64,000 nucleotides of DNA from Patescibacteria group bacterium (GTDB lineage Bacteria > Patescibacteriota > WWE3 > UBA101185 > UBA10185). Below the pieces are notes generated by a model. That model searched no databases, was not told the DNA's origin, and saw nothing but the letters and a program-made list of their open reading frames with translations. Positions 56,955-64,000 of the stretch are shown here, one piece after another. Position numbers and translations under genes: made by a program. The stretch's first letter is position 1. Each line of letters begins with the position of its first letter. The stretch covers positions 194,327 through 258,326 of the forward strand of contig JBMORU010000001.1 of the NCBI GenBank assembly GCA_049322215.1, given 5' to 3'.

Positions 56955-58239
56955 GATAAAAACACTTGCCCTTTTGATAGTGCTACCTTTTGTTATAACT
57001 GCCTGTACTGTGCAGGATATTCCCGTTATTGGCGGTTTAATTGGTGGGGGTGGCGGCACTAGCGATGATCCCGTAACGCTTACTTGGTGGGGACTTTGGG
57101 AAAGCCAGGAAGTTATAGATCAACTAGTGGCTGCATATCAAACGGCTAATCCTAATGTTACTATTGCTTATGAGGACAGATCTGTTTTAGATGTATTAAG
57201 CTACAAAGACAGAGTTTATACACGTGCTGTAGAACCTGATAGCCCAGATATTATGCGAGTTCATAATACTTGGGTAAAGCGTATGCATGCCAATGGTTTT
57301 CTTTCCGCTATGCCTTCAAATTTAATGGATACTTCTACTTATAATAGTACTTTTTATCCTGTTGCTTCTGAAAGTGCTGTTATAAATAACCAAATTTATG
57401 GAATACCTTTATTTTACGATGGGTTAGTTCTTGTTTATAATAAATCTCACTTTAACGAAATAGGTCAGGTAGAACCTCCCTCTGCTTGGGAAGAATTTAG
57501 ACGCTTAGCTTTAGAATTAACGATTAGGGGTGGTAATAGAGGTAACGAAGTAATACGTGCAGGCGCCGCCGTGGGTTCTGCTGATAATGTTGATCATTTC
57601 CCTGATATTTTAGGATTAATGTGGGCACAGGCAGGTGTTTCTGTTCCCGAAGATTTGAGTAGTAAATCTGCTCAAGATGCTTTAACTTTTTACACAAACT
57701 TTTTGACCGAAGATAAAGTATGGCGTGCTGATTTTCCTGAATCTGTAGACGCTTTTGTAGAAGGGCGTGTATCTATGGTTTTTGTTCCTACATGGAGAAT
57801 TTTAGACATATTAAAAGTTATGGATGATGCCACTATTGTAGGTGTGGCTCCTGTTCCGCAGGCACTTGCCGATAATCCTGCAAACTGGGGTACTTTTTGG
57901 ATGGAAGTTGTTCCTGTTGGAAGTCAAAATCAGCCTGAAGCATGGAAGTTTTTGAAATTTTTAACTGAACAAGAGCAACAGCTATTAATGTTTAGTGAAA
58001 ACTCTAAAGCAAGATTTTTTGGATCTCCTTACAGTAGAGCCGATTTAGGTAATGAGTTATCTACAAATCCATTTTTAGCTCCTGCTGTTGAAACAGCTCC
58101 AACAGCTAAGGGTGTTGCAGAAATTGCAGGACGTGCCGGTAATAATAGGCAAAACACCGCCTTAGGTGATGCTATAAGCAGTGTAATTTCTGGAACTAGT
58201 GCCAAAGAAGCTTTAGAGCAATTCAAAACTGAGTTTTAA
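56944..58239 (+). CDS. ABC-transporter solute-binding lipoprotein (family 1, sugar-type)
   Basis: Lipobox LPFVITAC; 431 aa; Trp-rich binding-protein-like sequence. Confidence 0.6.
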   Translation: MRHRIKTLALLIVLPFVITACTVQDIPVIGGLIGGGGGTSDDPVTLTWWGLWESQEVIDQLVAAYQTANPNVTIAYEDRSVLDVLSYKDRVYTRAVEPDSPDIMRVHNTWVKRMHANGFLSAMPSNLMDTSTYNSTFYPVASESAVINNQIYGIPLFYDGLVLVYNKSHFNEIGQVEPPSAWEEFRRLALELTIRGGNRGNEVIRAGAAVGSADNVDHFPDILGLMWAQAGVSVPEDLSSKSAQDALTFYTNFLTEDKVWRADFPESVDAFVEGRVSMVFVPTWRILDILKVMDDATIVGVAPVPQALADNPANWGTFWMEVVPVGSQNQPEAWKFLKFLTEQEQQLLMFSENSKARFFGSPYSRADLGNELSTNPFLAPAVETAPTAKGVAEIAGRAGNNRQNTALGDAISSVISGTSAKEALEQFKTEF

Positions 58240-58343
58240 GAAAAATATAGAGGAATAAGAACAGCGTTACATTTTTGATAATAGCTACCTACTTTTCACA
58301 CACACAATTATAGGTCTATAAATATGTTGTTAATATCGTTATA

Positions 58344-59381
58344 ATGCGGTTTGTAATGATTATATTTGCATTAGAAACATCTTGCGATGAAACAGCTGCT
58401 GCAATTGTAGAGGATGGTACTCGTGAAATAAGTAGTGTTCTTGCTACTTCTGAAGCGTTTCATCAAAAAACTGGAGGTATAGTTCCTGAGGTAGCTGCTC
58501 GCAAGCAGGTAGAAACTGTTATACCCGTTATAGAAGAAACGTTAACCAAGGCAGTTGATGTATTAGGTGTTTCTTCAACAAATGACGTAATTAATAAAAT
58601 AGATGCTGTTGCAGCTACAGTTGGTCCAGGTTTAATAGGATCTTTAATTGTAGGTGTGGAAGCAGCTAAAGCTTTAGCTCTTGCCTGGAATAAGCCCTTA
58701 GTTCCTGTAAATCATTTGGTAGGGCATATTTATGGAAATTTTGTAGGTTCTCAAAAAGAAATTATATTTCCTGCAATTGCTTTAATAGTTAGCGGTGGGC
58801 ACACAGACTTAGTATTAATGAGAGGTCATAATGATTTAACTTATTTAGGTGGTACTTTAGATGATGCTGCCGGGGAAGCTTTTGATAAAACAGCTCGCTT
58901 ATTGGGTATTAAAGGCTATTATGGTGGTAAAGCTTTATCTGATTTAGCTGCAACTTGTAAAGAAAATACGATTTTAGGTAAGTTGCCTCGTCCAATGCTT
59001 GATAAGGATGGTTTTGATTTTTCTTTTTCGGGTTTAAAAACTGCAGTACGTAATTTAGTGGAAAAATCAAATGTTCCTGTTGAAGTAATTTCGAAAGAGT
59101 TTGAAGATGCTGTGGTAGATGTTTTAGTTGCAAAAACGCTAAATGCTGCTCATAAATACAACGTGAGTTCAATATTACTAGCGGGTGGCGTATCGGCAAA
59201 CTCTCAATTAAGAACTAGAATGGAACTTGAATCAGGTCATTTTAATTTACATGTTCCCCCAATTCACTTGTGTACAGATAATGCTATTTATATAGCGTCT
59301 GCAGCTTTTTTTAATTTTAACCCTAAGCCATTTGCTTCTGTTAAAGCCGACCCTTCTTTATCTGTAATGGACAAAGCGTAG
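58344..59381 (+). CDS. tsaD: tRNA N6-adenosine threonylcarbamoyltransferase TsaD (Kae1/Gcp)
   Basis: IIFALETSCDETAAAIVEDG opening, GVEAAKALALAW, HxxGH-type metal motif region (VNHLVGHIYG); probable start Met at 58356. Confidence 0.85.
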   Translation: MRFVMIIFALETSCDETAAAIVEDGTREISSVLATSEAFHQKTGGIVPEVAARKQVETVIPVIEETLTKAVDVLGVSSTNDVINKIDAVAATVGPGLIGSLIVGVEAAKALALAWNKPLVPVNHLVGHIYGNFVGSQKEIIFPAIALIVSGGHTDLVLMRGHNDLTYLGGTLDDAAGEAFDKTARLLGIKGYYGGKALSDLAATCKENTILGKLPRPMLDKDGFDFSFSGLKTAVRNLVEKSNVPVEVISKEFEDAVVDVLVAKTLNAAHKYNVSSILLAGGVSANSQLRTRMELESGHFNLHVPPIHLCTDNAIYIASAAFFNFNPKPFASVKADPSLSVMDKA

Positions 59382-59491
59382 TGTTTTACACAAGTTTTCC
59401 ACAGTAGTGTCAGTGTCAAGAATGCTGATATTGTGTTAAAAATGTGTTAGTGTTTGACAAGTAATCCACAGGTGTGGAAAACTATATTTAA

Positions 59492-60070
59492 ATGGCAAAA
59501 GATTATCCAATAATGCTAACTGAAGATAAAATACCCGCTATGCTGGATAAAATTTCTAAAGCAAGCACGCCAAAAAAATTCACTTATAGATTTTTAGCCA
59601 GTTTAGGTTTTGCCAGTTCTAATGATCGTGCTTTTGTAAATTTGCTTAAAGAGTTAGGTTTTATAGATGCGTCAGGAGTTCCTACAGGTTACTATGACGA
59701 GTTGCGTAATGTAATTTCTGCTAAAAATGTGTTAGCGCAACGTGTCAAAAGCTTATATGATGCACTTTTCTTAATTGATTCTGCCATTTATGACGCTCCT
59801 TCAGATTTCATAAAAAATGCAATTAGTAATGTGACCGGAATGAATGAAGAAAATTCATTGCAAGCTACGCGTACCTTTCTACGTTTATGTTCCCTATCTA
59901 ACTTTGATTATTTGCCACACGTTAGCGAGTCTAACAGCAATTCCACAATAAAAGCCTCTAAACTTGATAGTGTTACATATAATATAAACATAAATTTACC
60001 TGAAACCACTAATCCGCAAGTTTACGAAACAATACTTCGCATTTTAAGTGAATTTAAGAATTTGCCTTAA
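59492..60070 (+). CDS. hypothetical protein
   Basis: 192 aa, soluble; no recognised motif. Confidence 0.4.
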   Translation: MAKDYPIMLTEDKIPAMLDKISKASTPKKFTYRFLASLGFASSNDRAFVNLLKELGFIDASGVPTGYYDELRNVISAKNVLAQRVKSLYDALFLIDSAIYDAPSDFIKNAISNVTGMNEENSLQATRTFLRLCSLSNFDYLPHVSESNSNSTIKASKLDSVTYNININLPETTNPQVYETILRILSEFKNLP

Positions 60071-60087
60071 TAATCTATAATTACTAC

Positions 60088-60534
60088 ATGCTGGATTTAA
60101 TAGAAAACTATAAACAAGCTCGCATGGACTTTTTGGTGCTAGTACAAAGGTTTCCAAAAGACCAACGCAATGCTTCTTTAATGGGAGGAATGTCGCTTAA
60201 AGACTTGCTGGTGCATTTAGCGTCATGGGATTTGTTATATGCTGATCATTTGGAAGAATTTAGCCAAGGTATCAATCCAACAATAATAGAAGACAAAGAT
60301 ACATTAAATGCTAAATTTCTCGAAGAAGGTAAAGATCAAGATTGGGAAGAATCATATGAAAATCTTTTAGAAAGTGGTGCCGTATTTATTGAAACTCTTA
60401 AGGAATTTCCCACAGAATTAGAAACTAAATTTATTTACGAAGGTTATAACATAACTCCAAAAGATTTGGTTATAGAAAATATAAACCACTATTCAAAAGA
60501 ACATTTAGCTCTTGTGGAGAGTATTTCTATCTAA
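60088..60534 (+). CDS. hypothetical four-helix-bundle-like protein (possibly ClbS/DfsB or DinB-like)
   Basis: 148 aa; DLLVHLASWDLLYADHLEEF resembles DUF1706/ClbS-type helices; weak. Confidence 0.3.
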   Translation: MLDLIENYKQARMDFLVLVQRFPKDQRNASLMGGMSLKDLLVHLASWDLLYADHLEEFSQGINPTIIEDKDTLNAKFLEEGKDQDWEESYENLLESGAVFIETLKEFPTELETKFIYEGYNITPKDLVIENINHYSKEHLALVESISI

Positions 60535-62254
60535 AAAGATTGGCTGCTTTGGTAACAAATTCTTCTAGGTTAACTAATTCGCTGGCATTTTCTGTACGTT
60601 TTTTTATTTCTATCATTCCTTCAGGTGTTTTTTTAGATACAACTATTCTGTAAGGGCACCCTATTAAATCAGCGTCTGCAAACTTTTCACCTGCAGAAAC
60701 ATCTACCCTATCATCAAATAAAACATCTAGCCCTGCTGAGTGCATTAGTGTATATACTCCTTTTACTTTGTGTCTTGTTTCTTTATCTTCCATGCCCAAC
60801 CCAACCACATGGTACTTAAAAGGTGCAATATTTTCTGGCCATATAATACCTTTTTCATCATTATGCATTTCTACTACAGCTGCCATTGTTCTGCCTATTC
60901 CTATGCCGTAACATCCCATATAGTACTTTTCATCTTTACCCGTTTCGCTAGTAAAAGTAGCGTTATTCATTTTTTGTGAGTAGTGATACCCTAACTGAAA
61001 AATATTTCCTACTTCTATTCCTCGTTTACTTATTAATTTTTGTGAACCCTCCTCTGTTAAATAACCATTTTTTGCTAGTGCAATATCTGCAAGTGTCTCG
61101 CACTCAAAATCTTTTCCATAGTTAACATTTATAGAATCAGTTTTTTCTTCTTTTTGACCCCCAATAAAGTTTTTTACTGTAGTTAAAGACAAATCACCTA
61201 TGTATGTTATTTTAGTGCCTTCAGTATGCTTATGTCCCCATGAGTGTACATAACCTGGTTTGGTATTCATTTTTGCTAAATCTTCTTCTGTAGCATCTTC
61301 TAGTTGCCCTACAGCGTTTAAAACGTGCTCAAGTTTGGTTTTGTTTACTTCTAAATCACCTCTTATCACAGCTATCACTATGTCACCTTTAGTTCTATGC
61401 TTATATACAACGTTTTTTAAAAATCTTGCAGGTGGTAATTTATAATGCTTTTCATTATCTTCCATTGTTTTTACCCACTCAGGTTGTTCTATTATTTTCA
61501 TTTGTTTTACTTCTTCGTTTGGATTTATATCTTCTCTTTTGAACTTTGCTACATCTTCATGTGCTATGTAACTGTTATCTTCACTTACAAAATAATCACT
61601 TTCGCCAACTTCAGTATCAGTTACAAATTCATGACAAAAGTCACCCCCAATGTAGCCGTTGTCTGCCAGTACTTTATTTGTGGTTAAACCCAGTTTATTA
61701 AATATACGCTCGTAAGTTTTTGCCATATTTTCGTATTCTTCTAAAAAGTCTTCTTCGCTTGAATGAAACGAGTAAGCGTCCTTCATGGTAAATTCTCTAA
61801 CTCTTAATAATCCACCTCTTGCGCGTAATTCGTCTCTAAATTTTGTAGAAAATTGATATATGTTTATTGGCAAATCTTTATATGAAAGTTGAAATTGCCG
61901 AACTAAAGCAACCATCATTTCTTCGGCCGTACCTCCTAATGCAAATTTTGCACCTCGTCGGTCTTCAACTGTTGTTAGTTCAAATCCGGCTTCGTTGGTT
62001 CTGTTTGTTTCTTCCCAAAGCTCTAAAGGATGTAGCACCGGAGTTAATAGTTCTTGGGCACCTGTCCTGTTCATTTCAGTCCTTATTAGCTCAATTATCT
62101 TGTGACGCACGCGCATTCCTAAAGGCAAAAAGTAGTATCTTCCTGCTGTACTTTCTCTTATAAAACCTCCCTGATATAACAACTTATGTGAAGTTGCACT
62201 CATATCTTTTTTAGGTTCTTTTACTGTTTTTCCAAATAGTTTTGTATAAAGCAT
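60527..62254 (-). CDS. proS: prolyl-tRNA synthetase
   Basis: 575 aa; N-terminal SHKLLYQGGFIRESTAGRYYFLPLGMRVRHKIIELIR, class II motifs, C-terminal anticodon-binding region; bacterial-type length with insertion domain. Confidence 0.85.
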   Translation of the reverse strand: MLYTKLFGKTVKEPKKDMSATSHKLLYQGGFIRESTAGRYYFLPLGMRVRHKIIELIRTEMNRTGAQELLTPVLHPLELWEETNRTNEAGFELTTVEDRRGAKFALGGTAEEMMVALVRQFQLSYKDLPINIYQFSTKFRDELRARGGLLRVREFTMKDAYSFHSSEEDFLEEYENMAKTYERIFNKLGLTTNKVLADNGYIGGDFCHEFVTDTEVGESDYFVSEDNSYIAHEDVAKFKREDINPNEEVKQMKIIEQPEWVKTMEDNEKHYKLPPARFLKNVVYKHRTKGDIVIAVIRGDLEVNKTKLEHVLNAVGQLEDATEEDLAKMNTKPGYVHSWGHKHTEGTKITYIGDLSLTTVKNFIGGQKEEKTDSINVNYGKDFECETLADIALAKNGYLTEEGSQKLISKRGIEVGNIFQLGYHYSQKMNNATFTSETGKDEKYYMGCYGIGIGRTMAAVVEMHNDEKGIIWPENIAPFKYHVVGLGMEDKETRHKVKGVYTLMHSAGLDVLFDDRVDVSAGEKFADADLIGCPYRIVVSKKTPEGMIEIKKRTENASELVNLEEFVTKAANLFR

Positions 62255-62515
62255 AGATTTCTTTTTAATTATATATTAAAAAAGCCCCATCATTGCCAAA
62301 CCATCTCATGCTCTGCATGGTCAGATTTGGCAAGGACGAGGCTCTTTAAGCAGTGCCACGTGGTACCACCTTGCTTTGCATTCATCTTTCAATAAATGTC
62401 TTACCAACTAGTTTTAGTTGCTCTCATTTTGTTTTTGGCTTTAGTTGAGTATCTAAAAAAAGTTACCTTGTTTATAACAAGTTTCCTCCATCGCTCCAGA
62501 CTAGGAATCCTTCAT
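62255..62515 (-). promoter_or_regulatory. T-box riboswitch-like leader of proS with intrinsic terminator
   Basis: Minus-strand RNA contains AGCAAGGUGGUACCACGUGG (T-box consensus AGGGUGGNACCGCG; forward 62345-62364), then an about 18-bp hairpin AGCCUCGUCCUUGCCAAA...UUUGGCAAUGAUGGGGCU followed by UUUUUU (forward about 62277-62345). Minus-strand promoter TTGACA/TATAGAAT at forward 62521-62548. CCU triplets present in the 5' stem region. Confidence 0.55.
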
Positions 62516-62555
62516 CGCGAGCCTATGAGTATTCTATACCTGAATGATTTGATGT

Positions 62556-62584
62556 CAACTCAGTTTTGACGTATGTGTTTATTT
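62556..62584 (+). promoter_or_regulatory. sigma-70-like promoter for the DUF1232-valS transcript
   Basis: TTGACG (62556-62561), 17-nt spacer, TATAAT (62579-62584); back-to-back with the proS promoter. Confidence 0.5.
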
Positions 62585-62589
62585 TTACT

Positions 62590-62783
62590 ATAATTTCACT
62601 TAGTTAAAAGCGTTTAAGTAGAGAAGTAATGTCCCTCTACAAGCTGCGGAAAGAAAAGTTAGTCACTTAGTAGAATCTGCCGGATGAGTCCGTAAAAGCT
62701 AAAAATTAAGTATAGAGAAGGTTGGTACCTTCTGTTTGCCAAGTAAGGCAAGTAGAACCTCTCGCATTTGCGGGAGTTTTTTT
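62590..62783 (+). promoter_or_regulatory. structured leader ending in an intrinsic terminator immediately before the start codon (possible second T-box/attenuator)
   Basis: AGAGA motif (GUAGAGAAG), T-box-like GAAGGUUGGUACCUUC at 62717-62732, hairpin UUGCCAAGUAAGGCAA, then terminator CCUCUCGCA-UU-UGCGGGAG plus U7 at 62759-62783 abutting ATG 62784. Confidence 0.35.
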
Positions 62784-63005
62784 ATGTCTAACAAAACTAA
62801 AAAATTTTTAAGAAAAAACTGGACTTTAGTATTAGCTATAGTTTATTTACTAAGTCCTATAGATTTTATACCAGACGTATTACCTGTCTTTGGGTTTTCT
62901 GATGATATATTACTTTTGATTGCAACATTAATTTACAGATATATAAAGTTTAGAGATGCCAAAAATGATGAAGTTATTGAAGGAGAAATTGTAAATGATG
63001 AATGA
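62784..63005 (+). CDS. DUF1232/YkvA-family small membrane protein
   Basis: MSNKTKKFLRKNWTLVLAIVYLLSPIDFIPDVLPVFGFSDDILLL matches the DUF1232 core; listed ORF start 62736 (TTG) overlaps the terminator, so trimmed to ATG 62784. Confidence 0.55.
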   Translation: MSNKTKKFLRKNWTLVLAIVYLLSPIDFIPDVLPVFGFSDDILLLIATLIYRYIKFRDAKNDEVIEGEIVNDE

Positions 63006-64000
63006 AATGGAAAAAAAATATAATCATAAAGAAGTAGAACCCCGCATTTATGAAATGTGGGAAAAAGGTGATTTTTTTAAAGCAAAAAGAGATCCTGACA
63101 AAAAACCATATACCATAGTGCTACCTCCTCCGAATGCTAGTGGCAAAATGCACACAGGAAATGTGTTAATGATAGCTATAGAAGATTTATTAATTAGGTG
63201 GAAGCGCATGCAGGGTTATTCTGCACTGTGGATTCCAGGTACCGATCATGCTGGTTTCGAAACTCAAATCACCTTTGAGCGAAAGTTAAAAAAAGAAGGA
63301 AAATCCCGTTTTGATTTTGACCGTGAATCTTTATACAAAGAAATATGGAATTTTGTACAAGAAAATAAGAGCCTTATTGAACAGCAAATTAAGCAAATGG
63401 GGGCAAGTGTAGATTGGTCTAGATACAAGTTTACTTTGGATGAAGATGTTGTAAACACAGTAATGGGTACTTTTGAAAAAATGTACCAAGAAGGCTTAGT
63501 TTATAGAGACAATTACATGGTTAACTACTGTCCTAAATGCGGCACTACCTTTGCCGATTTAGAAGTTAAACATGAAGAAAGAAAAGACCCTTTGTATTAC
63601 ATGAAGTATGGTCCTTTTGTTCTTGCTACTGTTCGCCCTGAAACCAAATTTGGTGATACTGCTGTGGCTGTAAACCCTGACGATGATCGTTACAAAGAAT
63701 GGATAGGTAAAGAAATTGAAGTAGAAGGTTTAAACGGTAAGTTTAAGTTAAAAGTTATTGCAGATGCTTACGTTGACCTTGAGTTTGGCACAGGTGTTGT
63801 TAAAATGACTCCTGCTCACGATAAAAATGACTATGAAGTAGCAAAAAGGCACAATTTAGAAATTAAATCAGTAATAAACTTAGATGGTCGTTTAAACGAA
63901 TTAGCTGGTTCTTACGCGGGTATGAAAGTTATGGAAGCACGAAAAAAGGTTGTAGAAGATTTAGAAGCCAAAGGTTTATTAGAGCATGTAGATGAAAATT
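62995..64000 (+). CDS. valS: valyl-tRNA synthetase (N-terminal about 335 aa; continues beyond window)
   Basis: MMNEMEKKYNHKEVEPRIYEMWEKGDFF...TIVLPPPNASGKMHTGN (class I HIGH-region) ... CPKCGTTFADLEV ... MTPAHDKNDYEVAKRH typical of ValRS; start overlaps the DUF1232 stop. Confidence 0.8.
   Translation, partial: MMNEMEKKYNHKEVEPRIYEMWEKGDFFKAKRDPDKKPYTIVLPPPNASGKMHTGNVLMIAIEDLLIRWKRMQGYSALWIPGTDHAGFETQITFERKLKKEGKSRFDFDRESLYKEIWNFVQENKSLIEQQIKQMGASVDWSRYKFTLDEDVVNTVMGTFEKMYQEGLVYRDNYMVNYCPKCGTTFADLEVKHEERKDPLYYMKYGPFVLATVRPETKFGDTAVAVNPDDDRYKEWIGKEIEVEGLNGKFKLKVIADAYVDLEFGTGVVKMTPAHDKNDYEVAKRHNLEIKSVINLDGRLNELAGSYAGMKVMEARKKVVEDLEAKGLLEHVDEN

Noticed and set aside
1-64000. Alternative genetic code (UGA as Gly, code 25)
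   Set aside because: Long ORFs are intact without reading through TGA, and TGA closes well-defined genes (for example DUF1232 at 63003-63005); the standard bacterial code fits.
1-64000. rRNA genes, CRISPR arrays, transposases/integrases
   Set aside because: No rRNA-like conserved stretches, no regularly spaced direct repeats with spacers, and no DDE/tyrosine-recombinase-like ORFs were seen on either strand.

Overview
The window is a low-G+C bacterial chromosome segment (roughly 30-35% G+C by eye), gene-dense, read with the standard code (TGA is a stop). Genome-reduced, pilin-rich gene content suggests a Patescibacteria/CPR-like or other reduced Gram-positive-like lineage (inference only). 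It spans the replication origin. The origin block rpmH-rnpA-yidD-yidC-jag-dnaN sits on the minus strand, divergent from dnaA on the plus strand, with DnaA boxes on both sides of dnaA. Housekeeping genes present: dnaG, smpB followed by a 406-nt tmRNA, four tRNAs (Ser-GGA, Ser-CGA, Arg-GCG, Ser-GCU), dcd, murT-gatD, tsaD, and proS and valS divergently transcribed with T-box-like leaders. Also present: comFC, an M16 peptidase, an ABC exporter, a Kef-type antiporter, two type IV pilins, a DCC/DUF393 oxidoreductase, an HTTM protein, and SpoIID. Three accessory loci stand out. (1) A compositionally foreign (more G+C-rich) islet abuts the 3' end of the tmRNA gene. It carries an unlisted 53-codon Cys-rich ORF directly upstream of a radical SAM/SPASM enzyme, a SCIFF/ranthipeptide-like RiPP cassette. 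(2) A ~12-kb type IV secretion-like locus lies beside dnaN. It has four tandem VirB2/TrbC-like pilin paralogs, a 1067-aa membrane protein ending in an M23-like hydrolase domain, VirB6-like, VirB3-like-fusion and VirB4-like proteins, and no relaxase, coupling protein or VirB11. (3) A 1193-aa surface protein combines a beta-helix with three CBM-like repeats. Several isolated G+C-rich ORFs look horizontally acquired. No rRNA, CRISPR array, integrase or transposase was seen. All calls rest on reading the translations and sequence by eye; no database searches were run.
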